The position numbers and the translations under genes are program-made. This document shows, piece by piece, positions 40,205-50,189 of a DNA stretch of 64,000 nucleotides; positions within the stretch are counted from its first letter, which is position 1; every line of letters begins with the position of its first letter. Origin of the DNA: an uncultured Spirochaetota bacterium (GTDB lineage Bacteria; Spirochaetota; Brevinematia; Brevinematales; JAOACQ01); the NCBI GenBank assembly GCA_963835575.1, contig CAWIGG010000005.1:384001-448000 (forward strand). Direction: 5' to 3'. The notes beneath the pieces were generated by a model, which was not told the DNA's origin, did not search any database, and saw only the letters and a list, made by a program, of their open reading frames with translations.

Positions 40205-42016
40205 ATGAACGAAAAAAATAAAAAAGCAAAATCCGTCGAACCTTTTTTTCTGGTTGTTTTTATCCTGTCTAATTTTATTATGATTTTTCTTATTTTTGCA
40301 ATTCTGGAAATAATATTCAGGGCCGCCGGAATCGGCTATTCCACGGATGTTTTTATAAAACTGGAATATATGCAGGATTATTATATAGAAAACCCTTATT
40401 TTAATAAAAAATACAATAATGATAAATCTATTGATTTTTCTTCAAAACATCTTTTAAAAGAGGCTTCCCGGTGCATGTTCCTTGTAAAGAAACCGGATAA
40501 TTATTTAAGGGGATTTGTTCTCGGTGAATCCAGCGTACAAGGCTTTCCGTTCCAGTCCTTGTTTTCTTTTCCTAATATGACTGAAATTGTTTTGAAAAAT
40601 TCCGTAAATAAAAAGCATATTGAGCTGATCAATATGGGTTTTACGGGAGTAAGCAGTTTTTATATCGCTGACGCGGCAAAAAAGCTCCTTAAATACGATC
40701 CTGATTTTATTGTCATTTACGCGGGGCATAATGAATATTACGGTACATACAGCCAAACGACCGGGGGAAATTATTTTACCAAAAATCTTTCGCTTTTTTT
40801 GAAAGAATTCAGAGTCTATCAATGGATTTCTTCCCTTATCCCCTCGGAAAATATTTCCAATAAAACTCTTATGTCAAAGCGCTTTAATAATTTGAAAATT
40901 TTACCTGATCCTTCTATTGACAAAAGCGTCGCCGGGCAGTTTGTCGCAAATATCGGCAGGATAGTGAAAATTTACTCAAAAAGGAAGATCCCTGTGTTTA
41001 TCATCGAGCCGGTTTGCAATCTAATCGATATGCCTCCCTTTGAAGGAAAGGGTGATGAAGAATTAAAAGACTTGATTTTACAGTATTATAATTCCATAAA
41101 AGAAAAAAGAACAAATGAAACGGCTCTGCTCAGCGCTCAGATTGAAACAAACAAGCTTGCAAATGAAAATGCGAACATTCTTTATTTGAATGCAGTCAAA
41201 AACAAACAGGAAAAAAACAGTAATTATATAAATGATTTTATAACAGCTAAAGATAAGGATATCGTTCCTTTCCGGGTTAAAAGCGAATTGATAAATGAAT
41301 TACGGGATTTCTACCAGGCCAATAATAAGAAGTATCCGAATATGCGCTATATTCCGCTTTTTGATAAGCTGACAAACAGCTTTGGAGAAAAGATTCTGGG
41401 CAGCGACATCTTTATCGACCATCTGCATTTTAACCATAGAGGCCATTCGATTGTGAGCCGTTTCCTGGCGGAAAGCATTGCCGAATGCTTTTCTTTAAAG
41501 GATTCACTGAATGACATCCTCCGTATCACTGATAATCAGGCGCTTTTTGATAAGCTGAACTACTATTTGCCGGCTTATGAAATACAGGCTTACATAAACA
41601 TAGCTTACTTATTCCGGGATACTCCCTATAAAGAAATGCTCATTCAGTATAATATGGAGACTTCCCTTTTAAAAAATAATGAACTCATGCACGATAAAGA
41701 TTTCAGAAAAGAATTCGATCCTTCCAGACAAATTCTGGCCGCCAGTCCCCCTGAGTTTGTGGATTTTATGACGGATTTTTATGTCAGGAAAAATGACACC
41801 AATAACACATATAAATATCTTATATCCTTTAATATGATGTATCCGGCCGCTCCTGGAGGCAATATTAATCTTGGGATTTTCCTGGCTTCAAGGACAACGA
41901 ACAGCCGGAGAGCGATTGAGTATTTTACGAAAGGTTATTATCTTTCGGATAAATCCCCGGATGTTCTGGATGTATTTTCAATGTATTTTCCAAAAGAAGC
42001 CCGGAGTTTAAAATAA
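40205..42016 (+). CDS. Membrane-anchored SGNH/GDSL-hydrolase-like protein with TPR-like C-terminus
   Basis: LGESSVQGFP, INMG, IYAGHNEYYG, FIDHLHFN..GH. Confidence 0.8.
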   Translation: MNEKNKKAKSVEPFFLVVFILSNFIMIFLIFAILEIIFRAAGIGYSTDVFIKLEYMQDYYIENPYFNKKYNNDKSIDFSSKHLLKEASRCMFLVKKPDNYLRGFVLGESSVQGFPFQSLFSFPNMTEIVLKNSVNKKHIELINMGFTGVSSFYIADAAKKLLKYDPDFIVIYAGHNEYYGTYSQTTGGNYFTKNLSLFLKEFRVYQWISSLIPSENISNKTLMSKRFNNLKILPDPSIDKSVAGQFVANIGRIVKIYSKRKIPVFIIEPVCNLIDMPPFEGKGDEELKDLILQYYNSIKEKRTNETALLSAQIETNKLANENANILYLNAVKNKQEKNSNYINDFITAKDKDIVPFRVKSELINELRDFYQANNKKYPNMRYIPLFDKLTNSFGEKILGSDIFIDHLHFNHRGHSIVSRFLAESIAECFSLKDSLNDILRITDNQALFDKLNYYLPAYEIQAYINIAYLFRDTPYKEMLIQYNMETSLLKNNELMHDKDFRKEFDPSRQILAASPPEFVDFMTDFYVRKNDTNNTYKYLISFNMMYPAAPGGNINLGIFLASRTTNSRRAIEYFTKGYYLSDKSPDVLDVFSMYFPKEARSLK

Positions 42017-42195
42017 AAACCGGTAAATTGATTTCTTAAGAATAAAAGCGATGGAATAGCTCAATAATTTTCTAAAAGCCCGGGATGTATAGTTCTATAA
42101 TACATTTTTCATCAGAGAGATTGCCGGTAAATTTGATTTTAAATAGAAAGCGGGCTATTATAGGGCATCCATTATAAATGAAAACGATGGCATAA

Positions 42196-42241
42196 ATGAT
42201 TAAATTCCTACTAATAGTATGATTAAATTCATACTAAAAGT
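42196..42241. promoter_or_regulatory. Tandem 23-bp direct repeat, candidate regulator binding sites
   Basis: ATGATTAAATTCCTACTAATAGT / ATGATTAAATTCATACTAAAAGT (21/23) upstream of the CBM lipoprotein. Confidence 0.5.
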
Positions 42242-42316
42242 CCATACCTTTTTTTTAATTCATTTTTATAATAAAAAAGCGATTATAATATCATAATTTT
42301 AATATAGGAGGAAAAA

Positions 42317-42922
42317 ATGGAAAAGGTTATGAAGTTAGGGATTGCGGCTATTTGCTTAGTTGCTTTAATGTCCTTTGTTTCCTGCGGCGGCGCTGGAGTT
42401 AAAAAGGATTCAGGCGAGAAGCTCGGTGATGAAATGGTGAAAGACAGTAATTTCCCGGATAATAGTCTTGGAGATTACAGTGTTTACAATGCCTTATCTC
42501 AGACCATTAAGGAAGAGATCGGTGGGAAATGGAAATTGCTTCAAAATATGCCGGCAAAAGGCCATTTTGAGGTGAAAGACGGAGTCTGCAAAATAGTTAT
42601 TGAATCTCCCGGCAATGATAACTGGCAGGTTCAGTTGACACAGATGCCTGTGGTACTCAAATTCGGAAAGAAGTATAAGATGGCTTTTGATGTTAAAGCA
42701 GATAAGCCCAGAAAGTTTCAATTTAAAGTCGGAAAGATCGGCGGCGACTGGCTTGCTTATTCCGGTCAAAAAGCTTTTGATGCCACAGTTGACTGGCAGA
42801 CCATAGCTTTTGTTTTTAAATCACTCGGTACTGATGATGTGGCAAGAGTTGAGTTTGAATGCAGTAATGATCCGAATGCGCTTTATTTCAAGAATGTTAG
42901 TTTAAAACAGGTTTTGGAATAA
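42317..42922 (+). CDS. Lipoprotein with carbohydrate-binding (CBM4/9-like) domain
   Basis: Lipobox FVSC; GNDNWQVQLTQ..GKKYKMAFDVKA..R..W.AY..ARVEF..LYFKNVSL. Confidence 0.8.
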   Translation: MEKVMKLGIAAICLVALMSFVSCGGAGVKKDSGEKLGDEMVKDSNFPDNSLGDYSVYNALSQTIKEEIGGKWKLLQNMPAKGHFEVKDGVCKIVIESPGNDNWQVQLTQMPVVLKFGKKYKMAFDVKADKPRKFQFKVGKIGGDWLAYSGQKAFDATVDWQTIAFVFKSLGTDDVARVEFECSNDPNALYFKNVSLKQVLE

Positions 42923-42959
42923 AAAGAGCCGAGATCAATATCTGATTACTACGTAAGTT

Positions 42960-42997
42960 AAAATCCCCGGAGGATGAATCTTCCGGGGATTTTTTTA
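42960..42997 (+). terminator. Rho-independent terminator
   Basis: AAAATCCCCGGAGGATGAATCTTCCGGGGATTTTTTT. Confidence 0.8.
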
Positions 42998-43263
42998 TTT
43001 TCCGGGATATTCAATCTGATAAGAGCTCTTCTAAAAAAATCGAACATGTGTTTGGTTTTAAATATAATACTTCAGGTGTTTCAAATAACATTAATTCAGG
43101 AATTTTCTCTGTTAAGACAGAATATTTTATTAATCTTATAAATTATATTGAACCGCCCTAATTATGACAGTGTTTAATCCGTCCTGTAATAAATTGTTGA
43201 ATTATTTTTTGGATTAAAGCATACTATCGTACTGGCGATGGTATTATCAAAAAGAGGAATTTA

Positions 43264-45402
43264 ATGCTCGAGGAACGATCAACTCCATTAAAAAATCATT
43301 CCAAAAAAAAATTGACATTCGCGATTTTAAGCGATTGGATTGTATCACCGTATCATATCAGTATTATTAACAGTGTTCATACTTTTGCAAAACAAAACGG
43401 TCTTAATCTATTCTGCTTTATTACGGGAAGGCTTAATGCTCCCGATGATTGGGAGAAAAACCGCAATATTTTATTCGAATTTATCACCAAGAAAACCATA
43501 GATGGTTTAATTATAATGGCTTCTTCAATAGGCAACTATGTCGGTGTTGAACACTTTTCAAAATATATTGAACGTTATTCAGATATACCAATTGTTACTA
43601 TAGGTTCTAAAATAAACGATCAACCTTCCATTATAACGGATAATATAAAAGGAATGAATGATTTATTGGATCATTTAATTAAGGTTCATAAATACCGGAA
43701 AATCGCTTATATTACAGGTCCAAAGGGTAATCCGGAATCGGAAGCTCGTTTTAAGGTGTACTTGGATATTTTAAATAAATATAATATACCTTTTGATGAA
43801 AAACTTGTCGTGGAAGGTGATTTCCTTATATTTTCGGGAAGAGAAGCCGTCAAAATATTGCTGGATAATAGGAAAGTTAATTTTGATGTTATTGTCGCGG
43901 CGAACAATACTATGGCTCTTGGAGCGCTGGAGGAATTGACTCTCAGGAAGATAAGAGTGCCCGATGAAATTGCAGTAGCCGGTTTTGATAATATTGAAGC
44001 CAGCGGGCAAGCTTCTTTAACGACGGTAGATCAATCTCTTTCAGATCTGGGCAGAGCAGCGGCGGAAGTTCTATACCGCCGTGTTACAAATGACAGTAAG
44101 GAAACTGATGTCTGCCTTCCTACAGAATTGATAGTACGAGAGACTTGCGGCTGCCGGAAAGAAAAAGGTATGTCAAAAGAAATAAATTTGCCGGCCCGTT
44201 TATTTACAAACCTGAGCGAATCATATATGGAAAAACTGAATGACCTGGGAGAACAGCTTATCACAGCATTCGATATTGGCAAGCAATTGAGCATCCTGAA
44301 GACAGCCATACCGTTTTTTGAAATTCAAGAATGTTATATAGCGCTTTATTCAAACCCTCAGGAGCCCATGGAAGAAGCCCGCTTGATTTTTGCTATGCAT
44401 TCGGGCAAAAAGCTGCCCATTCCAGGGGAAGGAATAATCTTTTCTCCCGGCATGATTATTCCTGAAAAATATTATAAAGCTCTGGATAGGTCAAGCTATA
44501 TTATTCAAGGTATTTTTCATGGTTCAGAACAATTGGGTTATTTAATCCTTGATTTCGGAACAAAAGAAGGCGTAGTCTATGATACGCTCCGGCAAAAGCT
44601 GTCGATTGCCTTGAAAGCGTCAATGATGATCAATAGTATCCGGAATCAAGCACAGAATCTTGAAGAGGAAGTGAAAAAGAGAACTATTGAACTGATGCGT
44701 GTCAATAAAAAATTAACACAGGAAATTCAGGAAAGGAAAAAAGCCGTTGAAAATTTAATTCGGAGCGAAGAAAGGTTCAGGGAAATCGCTACATTCCTGC
44801 CGACTCTTGTTTTTGAAACGGACCTGAATATGAATTTTTTATTTGTCAATAAAGCCGGTTTTGATATTTTCCAGATTCCTGAAGAAAGCCCTCTTTACAG
44901 TTTTTCACTTTTAGATTATATCCATCGGGATGATGAACAGCGTCTTCATGAGTACTGTTCGCGTATTATTCAGGGAATATCGAGTAATTTTAATGAATTC
45001 AGAATTGTTAAAAAGGATAAATCAAAAGTAACGCTTCTTTGCAAAGCGACTCCAATCTTAAACAGTATGCATATTCAGGGGATGAGATGGAGCGCCATAG
45101 ATATTAAGCAGATTATGGCATCCATCACTATTCCGGAGGATTCGTTTTTTGTAAAATATAAGTTGAGTCCCCGGGAAAAAGAAGTGTTTTTGCTGATGCT
45201 CCAGGGATTTAAATCAAGGGAGATCGCTAAAAAACTTTTCATAACTGAAAGCACCGTGAAAAATCATATCGGGGCCATATACGCTGAAATAGGCGTGAAA
45301 AACAAAACGGAATTTTTTAACGCGTTAAAAGACTATCAAATTGCCCGCTTTGGGTACGAGTCGTTTATATTTTCAGTGCTGTCCAACCTGGTGAGGGAAT
45401 AA
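43264..45402 (+). CDS. One-component regulator: LacI-type sugar-binding domain, PAS and LuxR HTH
   Basis: DNIKGM..HL..H..RKIAYITGP, ANNTMALGA, VPDEIAVAGFDN; SEERFR; LSPREKEV..SREIAKKLFITESTVKNH. Confidence 0.88.
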   Translation: MLEERSTPLKNHSKKKLTFAILSDWIVSPYHISIINSVHTFAKQNGLNLFCFITGRLNAPDDWEKNRNILFEFITKKTIDGLIIMASSIGNYVGVEHFSKYIERYSDIPIVTIGSKINDQPSIITDNIKGMNDLLDHLIKVHKYRKIAYITGPKGNPESEARFKVYLDILNKYNIPFDEKLVVEGDFLIFSGREAVKILLDNRKVNFDVIVAANNTMALGALEELTLRKIRVPDEIAVAGFDNIEASGQASLTTVDQSLSDLGRAAAEVLYRRVTNDSKETDVCLPTELIVRETCGCRKEKGMSKEINLPARLFTNLSESYMEKLNDLGEQLITAFDIGKQLSILKTAIPFFEIQECYIALYSNPQEPMEEARLIFAMHSGKKLPIPGEGIIFSPGMIIPEKYYKALDRSSYIIQGIFHGSEQLGYLILDFGTKEGVVYDTLRQKLSIALKASMMINSIRNQAQNLEEEVKKRTIELMRVNKKLTQEIQERKKAVENLIRSEERFREIATFLPTLVFETDLNMNFLFVNKAGFDIFQIPEESPLYSFSLLDYIHRDDEQRLHEYCSRIIQGISSNFNEFRIVKKDKSKVTLLCKATPILNSMHIQGMRWSAIDIKQIMASITIPEDSFFVKYKLSPREKEVFLLMLQGFKSREIAKKLFITESTVKNHIGAIYAEIGVKNKTEFFNALKDYQIARFGYESFIFSVLSNLVRE

Positions 45403-45483
45403 AACCTTTAGTTATTTGTGATAATTCCAACTATTTTTGGTGAGAAAAATATATTGAAAATAAATCTGACATTAGCTTTTTCG

Positions 45484-45900
45484 TTAATAAAGATGCCTTA
45501 TCCTTTCGGGATCATTGAATTTTTCTTCTATATCAAGCCAGACTGGATTTTTCGAATATTTTCTTATTTTATCCTTACCGAAAAGCCTGAGCAGAAGGGA
45601 CAAAGGTGTAAATAAAAGATAAAATACAATCGTAAATATAGTGTTTGTCAATATAATACCGATGATTTTTCCTATTGAAGTGACCGTAATATAAAAAGGA
45701 AATACACCTTCCACATAAAAAAAACCGCAAATAAGATGATAGGCGAGTAAAAAAGAGATGATCGTTATAAAAACAACAGGGAAGTTTTTTAATAACGCAA
45801 TAATAAGTAAAAGAGCCATCCCCGCTGAAAATGAAAAAGCGAATTTTTTATAATTTATCAGTTTTTCTTTGATCAATCTTTTATCAACGATTTTTTCCAT
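45484..45900 (-). CDS. SxtJ-family membrane protein
   Basis: KKFAF, IFTIVFYLLFTPLSLLLRLFGKD; follows the carbamoyltransferase. Confidence 0.75.
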   Translation of the reverse strand: MEKIVDKRLIKEKLINYKKFAFSFSAGMALLLIIALLKNFPVVFITIISFLLAYHLICGFFYVEGVFPFYITVTSIGKIIGIILTNTIFTIVFYLLFTPLSLLLRLFGKDKIRKYSKNPVWLDIEEKFNDPERIRHLY

Positions 45901-47693
45901 TGCCCGATCTCCTTATATTCCGGCTGATCTTCTTTATATAATATATAGCTGCCGATAGCCAGCATATCAATATTTGTTCCCATAAAACAGCGGTAAGCGT
46001 CGGCCGGGGAAGAAACAATCGGTTCACCCCTGACGTTAAAAGAAGTGTTTATAATAAGAGGACAGCCGCTGGTTCTTTCGAACTCTTTAATCAGCTCATA
46101 AAACAGCTTGTTATTTTTTTCCGAGACAGTCTGCAGGCGTGCTGTGTTGTCCAGGTGCGTCACGGCCGGTATGACGGACCTTTTTACTTTCAGTAGTTCT
46201 AAACCTTTTTTTCCCGAAAGATCGGCGCGGATGAGCTTATCGGGTTTGACGCCGGCTGTAAAGAGCATATAAGGCGACGGTCCGTCCCAGATAAAGTAAT
46301 CGCGGGTATTTTCCTCAAGAACCGTGGGAGCGAACGGCCGGAAAGACTCGCGGAATTTTATCTTGAGGTTCATCTTGCTCTGCATTTCTTCGGAACGGGC
46401 ATCCCCGAGGATTGACCTGCTCCCGAGCGCGCGGGGCCCGAATTCCATTCTTCCCTGGAACCAGCCGACAACTTTCTGGTTATTGATTTCTTTCGCGGCA
46501 AGAGCGGCCAATTCTTTTCCGGATACTTTTTTATAAACGGCGCCCAGGCGCTTCAATTCTTCCTCAATCTCATCGTCTGTATAACCAGGGCCCAGATAAG
46601 ATCCTTTTTGAAAATCCCGCTTTTCGTCGGCGACGCGTTTATTATCCAGATAGCTGTAATGGACATAAAGAGCGGAGCCGAGGGCGCATCCGGCGTCTCC
46701 CGCCGCGGGCTGGACCCAGACATCTTTAAAAGACGCTTCTTCTTTAATCCGCGAATTGGCTACGCAGTTCAGTCCGACCCCGCCGGCTATGCAGAGTTTG
46801 TCCATGCCGGTTATTTTTTTTGCTTCAAGGGCGATTTTAACAAGTATCTCATTAAACAGCTCCTGGATGGAAGCGGCGATATCCATATAAAACTGATCGG
46901 GCTGTCCGTCAGGCTTTAAGGCCGGCCTGCCGAATAGCTTTTCGAAACGGCGGCTGATCATTTTCAGGCCGGAGATATAATTGAAATATTTTTCGTTCAT
47001 AAGATAAGAACCATCATCTGCCCTACAGATCAGTTCTTTCTTTATTAAATCGAGATAGACCGGCTTCCCGTAAGGGGCCAGCCCCATCAGCTTGTATTCG
47101 CCCGAATTGACGCGGAAACCGCAATAATAAGTAAAGGCGGAATAAAGCAGCCCTAGTGAATGGGGAAATTCTATTTTTTTCAGGAGTTTGATCTTATTGC
47201 CCTCACCGGCGCCTATTGTTGTGGTTATCCATTCGCCGGCCCCGTCTATTGTGATAACAGCTGCTTTTTCGAACGGCGAAGGGAAAAAAGCGCTGGCGGC
47301 ATGGGATTGATGGTGCTCGGTGAATAAAACCTCTTTCTTATATTTCAATTCCTTGCAGATTGTATCTTCCACCCAGAGTTTTGATTTAAGCCAGAGAGGA
47401 ACTGCTTTCAGAAAAGAAAGTAGTCCTTTCGGCGCGGAATGGATATAAGATGCCAGGATTCTGTCAAATTTAAGAACGGGCTTGTCGTAAAAGACGACAT
47501 GATCGACTTCCTCAGCCCGGATACCGCCCTCTTTCAGACAATACTCAATAGCCCGGACAGGGAAAGAAGCATCGCCCTTTTTCCGTGAAAAACGCTCTTC
47601 CTGCGCGGCCGCTATTATTTCACCATTCCGGACCAGGCAGGCCGCGGAATCATGATAGAAGGCTGAAATTCCAAGGATTGATACATTTTTCAT
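45873..47693 (-). CDS. Carbamoyltransferase (NodU/CmcH family)
   Basis: ILGISAFYHDSAA, EERFSR, EHHQSHAASAF, GEYKLMGLAPYG, EFGPRALGSRSI, KFRESFRPFAP, NTSFN. Confidence 0.95.
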   Translation of the reverse strand: MKNVSILGISAFYHDSAACLVRNGEIIAAAQEERFSRKKGDASFPVRAIEYCLKEGGIRAEEVDHVVFYDKPVLKFDRILASYIHSAPKGLLSFLKAVPLWLKSKLWVEDTICKELKYKKEVLFTEHHQSHAASAFFPSPFEKAAVITIDGAGEWITTTIGAGEGNKIKLLKKIEFPHSLGLLYSAFTYYCGFRVNSGEYKLMGLAPYGKPVYLDLIKKELICRADDGSYLMNEKYFNYISGLKMISRRFEKLFGRPALKPDGQPDQFYMDIAASIQELFNEILVKIALEAKKITGMDKLCIAGGVGLNCVANSRIKEEASFKDVWVQPAAGDAGCALGSALYVHYSYLDNKRVADEKRDFQKGSYLGPGYTDDEIEEELKRLGAVYKKVSGKELAALAAKEINNQKVVGWFQGRMEFGPRALGSRSILGDARSEEMQSKMNLKIKFRESFRPFAPTVLEENTRDYFIWDGPSPYMLFTAGVKPDKLIRADLSGKKGLELLKVKRSVIPAVTHLDNTARLQTVSEKNNKLFYELIKEFERTSGCPLIINTSFNVRGEPIVSSPADAYRCFMGTNIDMLAIGSYILYKEDQPEYKEIGQWKKSLIKD

Positions 47694-47699
47694 GACGGA

Positions 47700-47858
47700 T
47701 TAAAAAAGCGAATATATAAAAGGCGCCAGAGCCTGCGATTGTGAAATCAGGACCGCAATACCGACGAGGAAAAGGATTATGAGAAGCGGAATAAGCCAGA
47801 GCTTTTTATTTTCACGGACATACTGAAAAAATTCCTTTATCAAACGAGCCTTTGACAT
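47700..47858 (-). CDS. DUF5989-family small membrane protein (52 aa, not in the ORF track)
   Basis: MSKARLIKEFFQYVRENKKLWLIPLL..SQALAPFIYSLF with GGAGG RBS. Confidence 0.85.
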   Translation of the reverse strand: MSKARLIKEFFQYVRENKKLWLIPLLIILFLVGIAVLISQSQALAPFIYSLF

Positions 47859-47970
47859 TGTGAAACCTCCATTAAGCAATAAATTTTAACGTCCTGTAAT
47901 AGAATTTGCAAATTTTACATTTTATCCGGTTTACCCTATAATTTTTTTCTTAATTAATTGATCAATAGTT

Positions 47971-48311
47971 GGCCACAGAATGGCACGGAATAACACCGAA
48001 AGCAATTAGGGCAGTTCCAAAAACTCAAAATCAATCAGATATTTCCAACATAGGTTTTGGAACTGTCCCGGTTATAGAATCTCTTGTAAATTTAATTGAC
48101 GCTACCGTATAGAGTTCGCTGGTTGATGATCTTTTCAGACAGCGAACTCGGGCGGTAGCATGAACTCATATAATAGCGGCAGTTCTAAATATTTGAGTTT
48201 TTAGAACTGCCCATTAGTAATTGGCGTGATCTGGTTTTTTTGATATTATTAAGTGTGAATTTAAAAGGATAATATTTTTAATTTTGTGAGCTTCCGTGTG
48301 ATTCTGTGGCC
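47971..48311. repeat. 9-nt-periodic inverted-repeat element containing a nested MITE-like element (~48009-48212)
   Basis: Outer GGCCACAGAATGGCACGGAA / TTCCGTGTGATTCTGTGGCC; inner GGGCAGTTCCAAAAACTCAAA / TTTGAGTTTTTAGAACTGCCC. Confidence 0.78.
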
Positions 48312-48342
48312 GAATAACTGTTTATCAAAAAAGGAGAACTTT

Positions 48343-49620
48343 ATGCGGGTGGCCGTGCTGACAATCGGCAATGAAATACTGGACGGGATCATTACTGAAT
48401 CAAATTCTGTATTAATAGCAAATGAATTGGCGGCAATAGGTCTGGCTGTTCGGGAAAAATTATCGGTAAGAGATGAAAGCAAAGATATTCAACAGGCCCT
48501 TAAATTTCTCTCAAAAAACGATATTATCATTATAACAGGCGGGCTGGGCCCTACGGAAGACGATAAGACAAGGGAGTGCGTCGCGGGATTTCTGAAAAAG
48601 AAGCTGACAATGAACAAATCCCTGCTGAAGCATCTCAGCGTCCGCTTCATCAAGATGAAAAGACCCATGCCGGAGGAAAATAAAAAACAGGCTTATATAA
48701 TAGAAGGCTCAAAGATCATACCAAATCCGCATGGTACGGCGCCCGGGTTTATCATAGAGGGGAAATGCCTTATCGCCGCTTTTCCCGGTGTCCCGTCGGA
48801 ATTGAAAATGATGCTGCCTTTTTTTATAAAATATATCACCGGGCGGTTTCAGATAAAAGTGAAAAAATCAAGCGTTTATATTCAGACAATCGGCCTGGGG
48901 GAATCTTTTATTGATCAGGCCTTAAAAGACATCAATGACTCTTCCATTACTGTGGGTACGATAGCCCATTTAGGGTGGCAGGTGACGCTCCGGCTTGATA
49001 TCCCATCGCCTGATCCGGCGGCTGCTCTTGATAAGGCAAAAATAATCCTGAAGAAATTACCTTATATTGAGAAAAAGGTTTTCGCTTATGGGAGCGCTTC
49101 CACAATCCAGGAAACTGTTTTAACAAAACTTGTGAACGGTAATAAAAAAGTGCTCTTTGCGGAGTCATGCACGGGCGGTCTTTTATCCAAGATTTTGACC
49201 GATGTTCCGGGTTCTTCTGAAGCGCTTTTCGGCAGTATTGTTGTTTATGACAACAGGCTTAAGAAAAAGCTCCTGGGCGTTAAGGAAAGCGTTTTAAAAA
49301 AACACGGAGCGGTGAGTTTTGAAACGGCTTACGCGATGACAGAAGGTCTGAAAAAAATAGCTCCCGCGGATTATAATGTTTCCGTAACGGGTATAGCCGG
49401 TCCAACAGGCGGTTCTAAAGAGAAGCCGGTGGGAACAGTCTTTATCGGTTTCGGCAAAAAAGGCCGGACTGCGGTCTACAGATTCCAGTTCGCAGGATTA
49501 AGGGAAAATATACGCTTAAGGACAGCCATGAAGGTGTTTGAAATGCTCTGGGAAGACCTTACTTACGGGGTGGTTGACATTTCCAGTCATTATGGAATAA
49601 TTGACAGCAGGATTTATTAA
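48343..49620 (+). CDS. cinA: CinA-family protein (MoCF-like domain and NMN amidohydrolase)
   Basis: IGNEILDG, TGGLGPTEDD, GTAPG, PGVPSE, AESCTGG, GAVS, TGIAGPTGG. Confidence 0.92.
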   Translation: MRVAVLTIGNEILDGIITESNSVLIANELAAIGLAVREKLSVRDESKDIQQALKFLSKNDIIIITGGLGPTEDDKTRECVAGFLKKKLTMNKSLLKHLSVRFIKMKRPMPEENKKQAYIIEGSKIIPNPHGTAPGFIIEGKCLIAAFPGVPSELKMMLPFFIKYITGRFQIKVKKSSVYIQTIGLGESFIDQALKDINDSSITVGTIAHLGWQVTLRLDIPSPDPAAALDKAKIILKKLPYIEKKVFAYGSASTIQETVLTKLVNGNKKVLFAESCTGGLLSKILTDVPGSSEALFGSIVVYDNRLKKKLLGVKESVLKKHGAVSFETAYAMTEGLKKIAPADYNVSVTGIAGPTGGSKEKPVGTVFIGFGKKGRTAVYRFQFAGLRENIRLRTAMKVFEMLWEDLTYGVVDISSHYGIIDSRIY

Positions 49621-49640
49621 AAAATTAACCGGCAAAATCA

Positions 49641-49765
49641 GCCACAGAATTTCACGGAATAACACTGATTTTTAAAGTTTTTTTAATTAAAAATTCAAAG
49701 AATTTATTTTAAGATTTAAAATTTCTTAAAACTTCCTTCCGTGTACTTCAGTGTGATTCTGTGGC
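49641..49765. repeat. Gene-less 9-nt-periodic inverted-repeat element
   Basis: GCCACAGAATTTCACGGAATAACACTGA ... TTCCGTGTACTTCAGTGTGATTCTGTGGC. Confidence 0.8.
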
Positions 49766-49844
49766 AGTTTTTTTATGCATAATTGTAAACTTTGACTTAT
49801 GCCGGCACAGCCTTTAAAATTTTAACTCTGAGGAGCTTTAAATA

Positions 49845-50159
49845 ATGAAAATACTGAAATATCTATTTTTTATTCTTGCCATTCTTATTTTTGAAGTCGT
49901 ATTATCATATCTGCTTTTTCTTTTTTCCAATTCTTCGAAAACACTCTATGTTCTTTTTTCCCTCGCGGTATTATTATCACTATTTTTATACCTGATGTAC
50001 GGCCGTTACAGGGAAAGTATTAAAATTCATGAAAAAAAGGTAGTATTAGGCAAATACACAAAACGGGCCCTGCTGTTTTCTTTTATCGTATTAATTTTAC
50101 TGGTTATAATCATTATAATAACAGCCGGAGCATTTATTTTTAACAGCTTTTTAAAATAA
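49845..50159 (+). CDS. Small membrane protein
   Basis: Three hydrophobic segments; GAGGAG RBS. Confidence 0.65.
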   Translation: MKILKYLFFILAILIFEVVLSYLLFLFSNSSKTLYVLFSLAVLLSLFLYLMYGRYRESIKIHEKKVVLGKYTKRALLFSFIVLILLVIIIIITAGAFIFNSFLK

Positions 50160-50189
50160 TTATCAGCTGACATTTTTGGATTTTAACAG

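Noticed and set aside
45484..47858. Saxitoxin cluster
   Set aside because: Only the widespread carbamoyltransferase/SxtJ/DUF5989 trio is present, with no sxtA or other pathway genes.
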